From Callorhinchus milii (lineage: Eukaryota): a stretch of 64,000 nt of DNA. The stretch covers positions 20,834,001 through 20,898,000 of the forward strand of contig NW_024704742.1 in assembly GCF_018977255.1 (NCBI RefSeq), given 5' to 3'. The notes under the pieces are model-generated. The model saw only the letters and a list, made by a program, of their open reading frames with translations, searched no databases and was not told the DNA's origin. The translations under genes and the position numbers were made by a program. Below, one piece after another: positions 1-12,477 of the stretch. Numbering within the stretch: position 1 is the first letter of the stretch; each line of letters opens with the position of its first letter.

Positions 1-102
1 TTTATCAGGCACTGCAAGGCATAAAATCTATGTGAACATCGTGAGCTGCAACTTGATAGAAACCAAATGGCTTTGTTTTTCCTAGTTTCTTAAGTGAGTT
101 TA

Positions 103-375
103 GATCAGGGCATCACCATTCAGCTCATTCCTCCAATGCACATACCAGCGCATGTTCCAGCACAAACCTCAGAATACAGATCAGGAGCGGGAACCCTGGT
201 TAATTGTGCCCTCCTCACCCAGGGGTGCTTAAGGTCAATTTTAACACAGTAAATGTTGTCCAACTGAGATCAGCTCACTCAGGAGGGATTTGGGATTCAA
301 ATCTGCAATTTTCTGGTCTAAACAGCCCAGTCTTACACTAGGATATTTCTTAGCCAACAGGGCCATCGGGGAGCT
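103..375 (-). mobile_element. Ancient tRNA-derived SINE, AmnSINE2/MamSINE1-like
   Basis: Minus strand reads GCTCCCCGATGGCC...GAGTGAGCTGATCTCAG...AAGCACCCCTGGG...CCAGGGTTCCCGCTCCTGATC, matching my recollection of the AmnSINE2 consensus. Confidence 0.65.
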
Positions 376-980
376 AAGCAGAAAATATATTTAAGTGAGT
401 GCAATGATATGAAATGATGGGTTCTTCAGATTGCTGCCGAAACAAAGGACTGTCAAATGCACACTACGTGCTCAACAGGCCTGGAGGTTTCAAGAAAATC
501 AAGGTACTATTGATGCAGGCAGAGCAACTCTGACAGAGTGAATGATATGCCTTTGATAGATGCAACTCACTCGGAGCACCAGTTTCCTTGAAACAAGGAA
601 ATAAACTCCTTTTTAACAGAAAACAATTCTGTTAAACTCCAGGAAGAATATCACGTGTGAGTCCATGTAAACAGAATAAATTAAGGTTAACTTGCTGCGT
701 AAAAGCATTTAAACACAATTGGGACTTTAAAATGATCGATGAGAAATAGGACAAGGGAACATCTTGAAGTGCAATAGGTTGATCAGGGCCAGACAGCACA
801 GAGTTAGGATTGGGAGATTGTGCTCAATAAATGTATTGGATTTCTTTGATGAAGTTACAGACCTACTATACAGGGATGCAACAATGGATACAATGCAGCA
901 AATTCATTCAAAAATATATTATTTTTATTTGTGATACTCCATTTAATAGAGGACTCGTAGAGAATTGTACCACATCACAA

Positions 981-1236
981 GGCAAGTTTCCTTGCTCCAC
1001 ACGCCTCTGTTTGTCCTGCAAAGCAGGAACCTGGTTATTAGTTGATTGGCGAATTTCTTTCTGGGGGTAATAATAATTATAATCATTCGGTCATTCAATC
1101 CACGAATGTTTGTGTCTCATTTCACCCACAAAATATACAGTCAATTCACTTTACGGTATATTCTGTGAAGCACCTTGAGACGCCTCAATTACGTGGTAAG
1201 GCGTTATATTAAATGCAAGGATCATTATTATTATTA
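981..1236 (+). mobile_element. Young tRNA-SINE family, long subfamily, 5'-truncated
   Basis: GGCAAGTTTCCTTGCTCCACACGCCTCTGTTT...AATATACAGTCAATTCACTTTAC...AAATGCAAGGAT(ATT)n, shared with many copies in the window. Confidence 0.85.
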
Positions 1237-2180
1237 ATAGTCAACTGAATAAAGCTCAGATCGAGATTTACAAATTACCACCAAATTGTGAACAGTAACA
1301 AATAATGAAAAACTCAATGTGCACTCAATTGAGGATCCAAACAATCTGAGCCAGAATGACAACTATTTGCATTTATAATGCTATTCACATAAAGTAATGT
1401 ACAAAGGCAAAATCAGACTACATTCAGTCACACAGGGACATAGCATCAAAATAAGAACAAATGAGCATATTAGCAATTTTGTGATTCTGTATGAACAACC
1501 TCTAGGTTCACAGCTTGAAGCACTTTAGCAGCAGGAGGGAGCAAGTGGCATCCACAAGAGCAATACAACCACAAAAGCCTAACCATCCAAAACCTTTCCA
1601 CTCTGTCCTACATTAACAAGCGAAGCTGTGAAATGATCATTCATCAGCAGAGTAGCTCCTTTAGCAACCATTTTAAATCTAGGTGAATCAAATCTTTTTA
1701 AATGTGAAAGCAGCACGGCACCATCTATGTACTGTGTAGGGATTGATGGGGTGGCGGGGGGTTGGCAAGTAATTTTGTTTCTCACAAATATATTAGTGAA
1801 TTGCTAACGGACAGAAGAACCTAGTTATATGCATTTTTTTGCTTCAGGGAAGAGCAATTGAGCTTGAACAGCTGGCAGATCAGTGCTCTTGGAAACCACT
1901 GAATACGCCAATGTACTTTATAGTGTTCGGATCCAACAACAACAACAACAATATTACATTTGTATAGCGCCTTTCACGTCGAGAGGATGATCCAAAGACA
2001 TATGTCACATTTAGTGACTCCAGGTTTTGGAATTTCCTCTCCCCTCCCCTTTAAGTTAAGGTTTATGTTGATCTTTCGATGTCTGCATATTTTAACGTGA
2101 TCTCTTAGTTTCTGCAAGGAAAGGGATTCTAATCACAGTAATTGCGAGATTTCATATACAATACCTAATGACACACAAGT

Positions 2181-2600
2181 GTGTCAGCCTGGCTCGGTCG
2201 GTAGCACTCTCCACTCTGAGTCAGAAGGTTGCAGTTTCAAGCCCCAAGTCGTAACTTTAAACTCAGTCTAAGCTGACACTGCAGTACAATGCTGACTGTG
2301 AGGTTCATTTTAGAGGTGCTATTCTTCGGATGAGAAGTTAAACCAAGGTCCCATCTATCTGTTCAGATGGGCATTGAAGATCCCAAACCACAACTCGAAA
2401 AGAGAAAGGAGTTTTTCCCCGTGTCCTGGCCAACAATACCCTGAGTAAAATTGGTCATCCACTTCATCTCTGTTTATGGGACATTGCTGTGCCAAATTGG
2501 CTGTTGCCTACAAAATTCAGTCACTACAAGTTACAGTATAGCCCGTGAAGCACTTTGAGACTTCCTCCCCACATGAAAGATACTATGTCAAATGCAAATG
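2181..2600 (+). mobile_element. SacSINE1/DeuSINE-like SINE, near full length
   Basis: tRNA-like head (GGCTCGGTCGGTAGCACTCT..CTCTGAGTCAGAAGGTT), Deu-like core GGGACATTGCTGTGCCAAATTGGCTG, L2-like tail. Confidence 0.75.
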
Positions 2601-4254
2601 TCCCTCTTGGGGGTCCCCTTGGAGCTGAATTGGCTCCACTGTGGCATGTTTGGCAAAAAAACGTTAGAATCATGTCAACCCTCTACGTGGTGGTCTCAAT
2701 AGTCCAGTTCCTGAGTCAGGTGGGTCCGCAGTACTCCGAGGCACTGCTACTGACAGACCAGCCAGCCTGATTCGTATAATTTGGAGAGGCAACTAACCCC
2801 ATAAGACAAAGCCCTAATGGGTAGAATGGTCTGAGCTGGACAAGCAACAGGATAACATATGCAGTGATAATTATATATTATGACACAGCACCACACAGGC
2901 AGTCTCACTTAGCACCCATGAGGGTAGCGGGTGTGAGAACACAGCACATTGCTGATGATAGATGATAAATTCAATGGGAAAGTGCAACAGCTTCACCCCA
3001 CATGTGAACCATGTTGGAACCAATTCCAAAATGCCTAACATCAGCACTAAGTGAGCAAAGAGTGGAAAAATGCTCCGTTCTTTCAACACTGATATGCCTC
3101 ACTTTGTGTGAGGTGCGAGAATAGATTAACATATTAATATGCTTTACATTCGACGTGCTTTGAAACCTGAGCTCTGAAGTTAATTAAATAACTGCATGGG
3201 ATCAGTCTATGATCTTATTATTCTCCCCAAACAACAGGAAGACCAATCGCCTTTCAGCTTTTCACTTTTACTGTTAACCTTTCTAATGAATAACAAATTT
3301 AATTAACACTCAGGATCAAATTCGCTTCCTATTTTGAAACTTAAAAACCTCAGGTAGTAAGCAGCAGTTCACTTTACCAACACTGACTCCCAGCAGAGTA
3401 GCATTTCAGGGGCAATGCACTATATGAATGGCCAGACTAAATCTTTTCCAGTACATTAGAAATCATTCGCAAGCAACACTCCCATCTCACCCTCCCAAGA
3501 TGTGACAAAAATATGTTATTCAGTGAAGCATATTATTTTGGCAAAATATATTCATATTAAATAGTTGAATATATTCTATTCTCTCATATGCATTTGAAAT
3601 ATTATTTACTCGCCTATAAATATACAATCACTGAACTTTCCAGTAAATCCTATGAATCACAACACTTTGAGATGTTTCGATAAAGGGGCTATATCACAAG
3701 CAAATATTATTTTATTTTTGTCCTTTGCCCTTAACAAGATCAGAAATTGTAATTGAAATTAAAACTAAAAATGAATCGTGAAGGTTTCCCAGTAAGTGAC
3801 AAGAAGATTAACTCTGGTCAGGGCTCAGAGTGTTTCCATGTCCTTACAAATGGGTTAAATGTTTCCTGCAGATAAAGAAAAACATTTGGCCTTTTCTTTC
3901 CCAAAATTATCTTTTCCTGACCTTCCTTAAATTTTGGCGTATCAATTGTATTCCGATTTACTATGAATGCAGAAGGCACCCAAGGATTATCATATCATGT
4001 GGGAAAGGTACTGAGTTCTTGTTTATAAATTTTGGTCCACACATTGGAAATCTCAAATGACTCGAATGGAACCTGCAATAAGCAGCAAGGTCATCACAAA
4101 TGCATTGAAGCAGACGTGGGAGCTCATTTATTTCACCGTCTATTTACAGACTTATGTACACTTAGCCTTTGTTGAAGTCAATCTTTTTTCATCATACATT
4201 TCAAGGTTTGGTTCCGAATCAACAACAGTGCACAGAAGGCTGAGCTAGAGGAAA

Positions 4255-4905
4255 GAACTTGCATTTATAGTGTGCCCTTCATGCGGGTTAGCTTCCCGGA
4301 GTGATTCACAGTGGCAGGGTCTGACAGTGAGCCAGAGAAAGAGGGAAGGGGCCGGTGACCGCAAGCACGATCAAAAAGGAAGGTCTTTAGGCAGGTTTTG
4401 AAGGTGGGGAGGAAGGGGGCAAGGTGCAGGGATTGAGGGAGAGAATACCAGAGTTTTGGGGTGTAGTGGCTGAAGGTGGTGGAACGGAGGGCACAAGGGA
4501 CAAACAAGAGGCCGGAGCCAGCCGAGTGGAGTCAGCGGGTGGAGGCGTAGTGGGGGGATAAGCAGGTCGGATAGGTAGGGAGGTGTGAGGGCATGAATGG
4601 ATTTGAAAATAAGCAAGAGGATCTTGGAATCGATCCGTTTGGAGGTTGGGAGCCAATGGAGCCTGACAAGGACGGGGGTACGGAGTTTTGTGCGGGTGAG
4701 TATCGGGCGGCAGAATTTTTAATTAATTGGATTTTCTGTGTGGTGGAGCTGGGGAGACCAGCGAGGAGGGCAATGGAATAGTCCAGCCCGGAATGGACGA
4801 AGGTGTGGCAAATACAGCAAAGACCTCTACATACATTGGAGGTGGCAATTTGGAGAAGGGGCTGAGTCAGGAGACGAGCAGAGCAGGGGTTGTGGAGACT
4901 GTATG
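4255..4905 (-). mobile_element. L2 LINE 3' fragment (frameshifted ORF2 C-terminus and tail)
   Basis: HTFVHSGLDYSIALLAGLPSSTTQKIQLIKNSAAR...LIFKSIHALTPPYLSDLL...FKTCLKTFLFDRA spread across frames. Confidence 0.9.
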
Positions 4906-5200
4906 AAAACGGGTAGCAAGTATTTACCATACATCTGAAGTTACAACAAGAAGAAAGCGTTTATTGACACTACAAAGAGAAACAAAAATGACATTGTATT
5001 TATATAGCACATTTCATATCAGGACACCTCAAAGTGCTTCACAGAGCCAGATGATAGGATGAGCTGAGTATCGTGGCATGGAGCTGAGGAAGGTGTGGGG
5101 GAAAGCAATGGTGGAAAAGAAAGTAATCCTTCTATGAGGAATGGAACATGTGATGATCCAAAGAAATTCAGATGGCACGTTTAGCCTTTTGATGAACACA

Positions 5201-5540
5201 ATAATAATTATCCTTGCATTTGATATAGAGCCCTTATGACGTCGTTGAGACGTCTCAAAGCACTTCACAGAGTATACTGTATATTTTGCGGATGAAACGC
5301 AGGAGGCAATTGTGCACAGCAGTGTCCCACAAACAGTCGTGGATTGAGTGACTTAGTTGGTTAGTTGGTTAGTTAGTTAGTTTTCTTTCTTCCTTCCTTC
5401 CTCCCTTCCTTTTATTTATTTGAACGGATTTTTACCCCAGAAAAGTGATCTGACAATTGAGTAACAACCGTGTTCCTAGTTAATGCTAGATAAAGAGGTA
5501 TGTGGAGTAAGAAAACTTGCCTCAGGTTTCGCCCAGCCCA
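5201..5540 (-). mobile_element. Young tRNA-SINE, long subfamily, with internal (TTAG/TTGG) and (TTCC) microsatellites
   Basis: Reverse complement of the SINE body and tail; simple repeats at about 5353-5420. Confidence 0.85.
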
Positions 5541-6879
5541 GGAATAATGAACGTGATGGCTTTAAGTTTCTACGTTCTCCACTCACAGGACAAGGAAGCA
5601 CTGAGACTTGGAAGACTAACAGAGCAGTGACTGAAAGCAGACGAGAGTAGGGTAGAGGGTATCTGCGGATATGCTCTATAGGCACACTTTTGCTAGGCTT
5701 CCATGACTGTAGTAAGTTTTCTGTCCACCCACTACCGAGGGGAAAGAACATGCAACAGCTCAGTCAATAGAGCATGAGATTTTGGGGGAAATAGCTAAAA
5801 AGTGGGATTAAAGAAGGATGACTAAAATACCAATACAGCAAACAATCATGATGAAACAACGGCCTCCGATTGTGCTTAAAATTTCTATTTAACGGATTGA
5901 TACATAGAATCCATCTATGGAGTGAGTGTTAAGCCCACTCTACAATGGCAAATATCTGTGGGTTCAAACAAACAATTTTGAAGTTTTTTTGTGGAAAAAG
6001 AATCTGCAGAAAAGGCAGAAATGTTGTCTTTTCAATAGGCTTTTCAATAGGCAGATCTCGTACTGCACTCCCTTCATTTGCTCAAAGTCAAATGTTTCAT
6101 GAATATGATTTTTTGTGCCTTATTAGAATTATCGTCTTACCCACTTCAAATGCAATCATTTCTTTATGACTGCATTCACAAGATATTTTTTCCTCAGTGG
6201 GCAGGTGATGGCAACATAACTGTCAATAAGTCTTAAAGGGGAAAAAAAAAGCACAAATCAGACAACTAGAGAAATGTAATTTCAAAGTCAATTTGAAAGC
6301 TATTACTAATCTCCCTAAGCAAATCTTAACTTCCTTGCGATTGCCATGGGATAATCAATCTAAAAATAAATCCTGACATGTATAATTCTAAGCAGCCCCA
6401 GTCTTCTATATCCTTTTCTTAACAACTGAGAAACTAGCATTAAAAAGTAATCTAAAAGATCAGGGCTCCTTAAAAATAATCATATCACATACTCCATGCT
6501 CACACAAGAGCTGGTAGGGAATATCATGGGGTTACTTCCAGTAGGTTTTTCATTTAGGAGAGCATTTTGATATGATTGAGGTTATTATATATAAAAAATG
6601 TGTCAATGGAATCTTTTGGGACATTTTATGAGTAGGCTAGATGGATGAATGGTGTATTCCTGCCTGAAACAGTTAATATTTTATTTTGAAATAAAACCCT
6701 GCTTCTTTTTACAACTGGGAAAAGTCACGTGCAGGTACAATCATTTCTTTATGACTGCATTCACAACCTATTTCTTCTAATATACGAGTGAGTGCACTCT
6801 TGTGCGTGGTTTAAAAGTCTATTTTTGAGCCCTCAGAGCATTCCCTTCAGCAAAGAACAAGAGCAAGTGGCAGGAATTC

Positions 6880-7255
6880 AAATAATATTCCTTGCATTGG
6901 ATAACGACTTTCATGGCAGGTGGATTGCTCAAAGTTCTTTACAGGATTTACTGACTGTATTTTGTAGAGGAAACAATGCAGTCATTTGTACACAGCAATA
7001 TCTCACAAACAACCATAATATGAGTGACCAATTTTTGTCTGGCGGAATTGTTCACTGGGACATTGGAAAAAACTCCCTTCTCTTTTGGAATATTGCCATA
7101 GGATCTTCAACATCCACTTTAACAGCCAGATATGACCTTGGGTTAATTAACACAGGATGGTTTCCGTGCTTGCAAATGCAACCATACGGAGATGGGGCTC
7201 AATTTGTATAACATTCCATTTGCTCGAATTGCAACCAACAGAGGGCAAAGTGCTG
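6880..7255 (-). mobile_element. Old SacSINE1/DeuSINE-like copy
   Basis: Degenerate match to the element at 2181-2600 (TGCCATAGGATCTTCAACATCCAC, AAAGTGCTGCTGAC). Confidence 0.55.
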
Positions 7256-8009
7256 CTGACTTACCATGAGTTGGTAATGTGCTCCTTGGGTGGGTCCTGG
7301 CACTGGGATAAACCCCAACCGTCCTCTGGCTGGTCTTTCCTACACATCCCCCTCCATCCACCATTGAGGTTTGGGAAAAGAAAAGTGGCACATCCACAGG
7401 ATCTGACATAGTATGACTTGGGATCCCAAATCTTTCAAGAATGGACCCACTTTGTAACTATGTTATAATAATAATATTGAAGTGGTTGTCAGTCATGTCC
7501 GGAAGGGCCCCTCTGGGCTCGTGCCAGTGTTGGGACAATTCTGGTTCGACAACAGACCCATGAGGGTATTCTTGAGGTCTAGAGGGATTACGCTGAGTTG
7601 ACAGCTGATCCAACAGGTTATAGCAAAGATCCATCTGCATTGGGGGTTGAAGGATCTGCCGGGAGACACAGAACAGATTGAAAGCCTTAACGACCCAATC
7701 CATTGGGAGGAGGTGGATTTCGCACAGTGGGGCCTTGCTAATGGCAAGGCAGCTTAATGCTCAACTTCTAAAAGCTGCTCTGAGGAAGAAGATGGGAGAT
7801 CGGTGAGGATCTTACGAATCCAAGGCAGGAACCTCCAACTCGCCTTGGAGCTGCCCTCCTCGTGCTAGTCAATAGGATTGTCTCTGAGGCACGCACTCCA
7901 TCAGCGTTCCAGAGTGTAATTGTGGTGTCTGTCAACAAGGATGACCCTAGTGAGACCGAGAACTAATGGGATCTCACAGATCGCAGAACTTTGTAAGGCT
8001 AAGGGGAAA

Positions 8010-8200
8010 CCTGTTACATTCCTCAGCTTCCGCAAGGCTTTTGATCTAATGCCTCATGAAGCCTTCATGATGAAACGGGAAGCCATGGTAGTGCAAGGCC
8101 AAATCCTGGATTTTATTCAGAATGTGTATTCCAGTTCCAAGATCCATGCAAAGGTCGCCAGTGGACTGAGCCCTTCCCTCTTGAAAGCGGGGTAAGGCAA
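8010..8200 (+). mobile_element. Non-LTR reverse transcriptase fragment (clade uncertain, RTE-like)
   Basis: TFLSFRKAFDLMPHEAFMMK...IQNVYS...VASGLS followed by GGGGTAAGGCAA (GVRQ in another frame) resembles the F.DF.KAFD...GVRQG RT motifs. Confidence 0.55.
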
Positions 8201-8455
8201 AGCCTATTTATTCCATGTATTCAGTGCCCAGATTCCTGCACCGTCCCACATTTTATGTTGTTGTGTTGTATTACTGGTTCCCCGGATCCCCCCTGAGAGA
8301 TTAAACCCATGTTGTTCTAGCCAGAAGTCCTGTGTGCGTCCGTATCTGCCTGGCCGGGGAGGGGGGTACATGCTACAATATTAAAGCTGCAGATTGGGCT
8401 CAATGTAAATACATGAATATTGCAACAGAACTTAAGAGTGTGAGTAGACTTTAGT

Positions 8456-8652
8456 AGCAACAATAACAATAAAATTAGATTTGTATAGCGCCTTTCACAT
8501 CGGGACGACTTCCCAAGGTGCTGGACAGACAGAGTTACGGACCCGAGCTGAGGGTCGTGGTGTGGGAGGGGGGAGGGTGGGGTTGGGGAAGCAGGGAGAT
8601 CGAAAGCACGGTCGAAGAGGAGGGTCTTGAGGTGGGTCTTGAAAGTGGCGAG
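8456..8652 (-). mobile_element. L2 LINE 3' end
   Basis: ATFKTHLKTLLFDRAF plus tail GTGAAAGGCGCTATACAAAT...(TTG)n. Confidence 0.85.
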
Positions 8653-8736
8653 CACAAATAAACTGGAAAGGAAATAATGCAAATAAGGAGAAACAGTGAG
8701 GCAGATCACACTTAAAGTTGTAAATGGAGTTCGGAG

Positions 8737-8742
8737 TTTATT
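8737..8742 (-). promoter_or_regulatory. Candidate NAF1 polyadenylation signal (3' UTR about 0.9 kb)
   Basis: First AATAAA I found on the minus strand downstream of the stop, followed by GT/T-rich sequence (AAGTGTGATCTG...TGTTTCTCCTTATTT); no transcript data. Confidence 0.5.
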
Positions 8743-9626
8743 ATGCATCAAACGTCAAAGGACCATGTTATGCATTTCTGACAAAAACAAAATTCAGCAG
8801 GTTTTTAAAATTTAGCAAAAATAAATTGTTCAGCCTATTTTTCTCACTCATTGTTACTTTAGGTCAAGAAAAGGCATTAGGATTCTTTAAGCCGTAGAGT
8901 TTCCTATCACAAACAAACAAATACTGACAANTTTTTTTGGTGGGGGCAGGTGGGGTGGGGGGAGCGAGCGAAAGGAAGTGTGTGTGTGTATGTAGGGGGG
9001 TTGCCAGCCAGGACTCATCTACACCATGGATAGGACAGTTTAAGACTTTTACTTAATTTTATAAACACAAACACATTGATACCAACTATGTTTCTTTACA
9101 CATATTACTTTCTAATTTAAATTTCAGTGATGGCAAGTGTAAGTGAAAGCAATAAAGCTGCTATGAATTAATAAGCCAATAATACGTTCCAAGGACGTGA
9201 TTCAATCATGGCCTAACAAGCACCTGTCTGACCTTCGCTACCCAAGTGATGTGCTGTCAATCAGCAAATACGAACGTGTGCGAGAAACAGTCATGCAACA
9301 GACTATTCCTAATGACTATTTACATAATCAAAAAAACACGAATGACAATAGTAATATTTTGTTATGTAAAATGACTACTGGCAGCACGGAGGGATGAGCA
9401 TCTCTGAGCTGCTTCCGATCATAATCATCTCCAAAGTTATATTTTTATATTAGCAGTACTCTCTCCTTATAGATCCAAACACCGTAAAATGTGTGTTATT
9501 TCTAAATACAGTCTGGTATTTGGAAGACATTTGGATCTAATTGTTGCCTCAGGGGAAATATTACTTGATTGTTTCCATGCAATTGAGGCACTTCAGACAG
9601 TTTTACAATTACACATGAATGGTTCT

Positions 9627-10078
9627 CTAATAGCGTGGTCTGTAGGCAGAACCTTGTGGAGGCAACGGTGGTGGTGGGAACGGAGGACTTGGCATGTGCG
9701 AAGAGGGACCACCTGGAAATCGAGATGTGTGAGAATTTGGAAAGCAAGGCGGGTACCCCATGTTAGGTTCTGACCAGTTACTGTACATTGGAGGTGGGGG
9801 CGGAGGTGGGGGAGTGGAGAAAGGAGACATATCACGTACGTTCATGGGCCAAAATGGTGGAGGATAAGGACATGACATCATTGGATTTGATATCATTGGT
9901 TGAGAATGCATCATATTAACTGGTGGTCTTGATGGGGGCCTTTGGTTAAATAGTGGTGGTCCGTAGGCTTCCCTTTGATGACTTGACGGACGAGGGCCAA
10001 ATCCTCTGCGTTGAAAGCCTCTCCTGTGCATTGAAGAAACTGGATTTTGCTGACAAGGCTGTCCTTCTTCACTTCCTC
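9627..10078 (-). CDS. NAF1: NAF1 terminal coding exon (exon 8), Arg/Gly-rich then Pro-rich tail
   Basis: CCATTTAG|GA is the only nearby acceptor that keeps phase 1 in frame with ORF 9627..10097; GSEEGQP...RRGFQRRGFGPRP...PPPPPPPMYSNWSEPNMGYPP...PPPPLPPQGSAYRPRY*, as in vertebrate NAF1 C-termini. Confidence 0.9.
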
Positions 10079-10756
10079 CTAAATGGATACCAATCACACA
10101 GATATACTGGCATTATTAACATAACCTATAACAGCAAATGGACTTTTTAAAGTCAAAACATAAAGCGTAAAAATAACACATCACTGTGCAATTCCAGTAC
10201 AAGGGATTATGGACTAAAACCTTGTACAATTAAGGACAATTGATGACTAATTTCAGAAAGGATTAGTAAAAGCATCATGATGAGCACATTTTAATTGAAC
10301 CCAAAACACATACCACCAGTAATCTAGGCCTGTCATTTCCCTTTATTACAAGATGACTGATAGACAGAACAACAATTTACATTAATGCAGTGTTTCATAT
10401 CGGGAGGATATCCCAAAGCAGAATCACTGAAAGCTTGCCTACTGATGGTGGGGCAGATCAGTTGAGGGACATGAAGCAGGCTGATGTTAGCTACGTGGAG
10501 GGAGTGGCTGAGGTGATACGGTTTGCAGGAGGTTGCAAAGGTGGGGAAAGTGAGGTCTTGGAGAGATTTAAATGAGGATGAGGATTTTGAATTTAAGCGC
10601 TCAGAGACACTACCTCGTGCGAATGGCGCTATATAAATACAAGTAGCTGGTGTTGAATTCGATCCACTGGGGAATGGGGAGCTAGTGGAGCCAAGCGAGG
10701 ATGGGAGGGGTGAGGGGAAGATAGGCTATCAGACCATTCAGAACTCTTCAGTTCGT

Positions 10757-10999
10757 GTCAGGGTGAAACCTTGGGCAAGTCTCCTTACTCCACATGCCTG
10801 ATAATAATCCCTCAAGAAAAAAGATTAATAAATTGGTCATTTCAAACCACGACTGTTTGTGGGACACTGCTGTTGCCAATTGGCTGCCGCATTTCACCCA
10901 CAAAAAAAGTCAATTCACCTTAGTCTATTCTGTGAAGCGCTTTGAGACGTCTAGAAGATGTGAAAAGCGCTATATCAAATGCAAGAATTATTATTATTA
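10757..10999 (+). mobile_element. Young tRNA-SINE, short subfamily, 5'-truncated, among L2 fragments
   Basis: GAAACCTTGGGCAAG...CCACATGCCTGATAATAATCCCTCAAG...(ATT)n; L2 pieces at about 10370-10720 (-), 11000-11385 (+) and 11390-11560 (-). Confidence 0.85.
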
Positions 11000-12204
11000 T
11001 CTCCTGCCAGACTCTGTGAGCCTATCACCCCCATCGTCTGACTCCCCACCCCCCAGAGGATCCTCGTCCTCATTTTTAAATCCCTCTTGCCCCACCTTTG
11101 CAACCTCCTCAAACCCTGCCAACCCTCACCAGCAGCATTCAGGCTTTCTCCCTGAACCTCTATCCTGGAGGTCCTTCAGCTCACCCCTTTCTTCACCTCC
11201 TTCAAGGTCCATCTAAAGACCTTCCTCTTTGACCGTGCCTTCGGTCATCTTCCCCGCTTCCCCCTAGGCCCCCAGCCCTCCCAAATTCAACTCCCCACTT
11301 GGATGCAAACTCTTGACCGTCCAGTGTCTTGGGGCCTCCTCCCAATGTGAAAGATGCTATATCAGTGCAAATTTGTTGTTATTGTTGATACGCACAGGAC
11401 AGTTGTGCATCAAACAAGACCATGGATCCAAACTGGTTCCATGAGGTGAGGTGAGCATCCATGCAGGTGAATGGGGTCAGGCCTGAGGTGAGAAGGCACT
11501 GACGGGAGCCAAGCAGGAGAGCCTTGGTCTTCCTGACATTTAGCTGTAGAAAGTTGGATAGCATTTTAATAGTTATGAAAACCCATAACCCATAATGTTT
11601 CAACAAATTCACGTAAAATAAATGATAGCATTCACAGTGCACACTGAAAAATTGTAAGTGAATTTGAGTCAAATATAATTGATGCCTCCTACTATATTAA
11701 ACAGCTTGTTATCGTATTTAACCATGCAATCGTTTCACAAAATGTGGTCCTTTAATGACACTTAATTGTACCAACGAGTTGAATGTAAGCGAATAATACC
11801 ACAATGATAAAAGCCCAGCACGGGACTTGTAATGGTTTTATAGCTTATGAACTTCAGGTATAATTGAACAATTTAAATGGGAAGCACAGTTTTCACTGTA
11901 TTTAGCTACTGTGATAGCGACACTGATTAAGGGGCTCCACTGGATGAAACTGCATATTTACCCCTGATTTGAAATAGCGACTTTGGAGAGTTTGGCGATG
12001 GAACAGTAATGACTGAATTGAAAAGTGAAACAGAAGCAAGAATGAAAGAAGTATGACTCAATATCCATTCTATTTCTTGTGCCAGCAACTGAACGGAATT
12101 AGCGACTGAAATTGAAATGAAATGATCATGAGACTGAATTTATTAAAACGTTACACAAAACCTCTGCAATGAGGTTAGACCTGAAGAGCTTAATAGAAAG
12201 CTTA

Positions 12205-12477
12205 AGCAAGTGTCCTTGCTCCACACAATTCTGTTTACCTAGCAGTAAGTAGGAACCCGGCTGATAGTCAATTGGCGGATCACTCTCCAGCAGTAATAAA
12301 CCCTCAAAAAAAATGTGGTTACCCAATCCACCATTGTTTATGGGACATGGCTGTGCGCAATTGGCTGCCGCGTTTCGACCACAAAAAACACAGTCAATCC
12401 ACTTCACACTATATTCTGTGAAGCGCTTTGAGACATTTCAATGACGTGATATGAAATGCAAGGATTATTATCATTAT
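12205..12477 (+). mobile_element. Young tRNA-SINE, long subfamily, 5'-truncated
   Basis: Contains CTGTTTACCTAGCAGTAAGTAGGAACC, the Deu-like core and the tail. Confidence 0.85.

Noticed and set aside
8931..8931. Single N bases (8931, 20065, 30365, 50476)
   Set aside because: All lie beside homopolymer runs, so they are sequencing or assembly ambiguities
10079..10097. ORF 9627..10097 as a standalone proline-rich gene starting at GTG
   Set aside because: It is the last NAF1 exon; the first 19 nt are intronic
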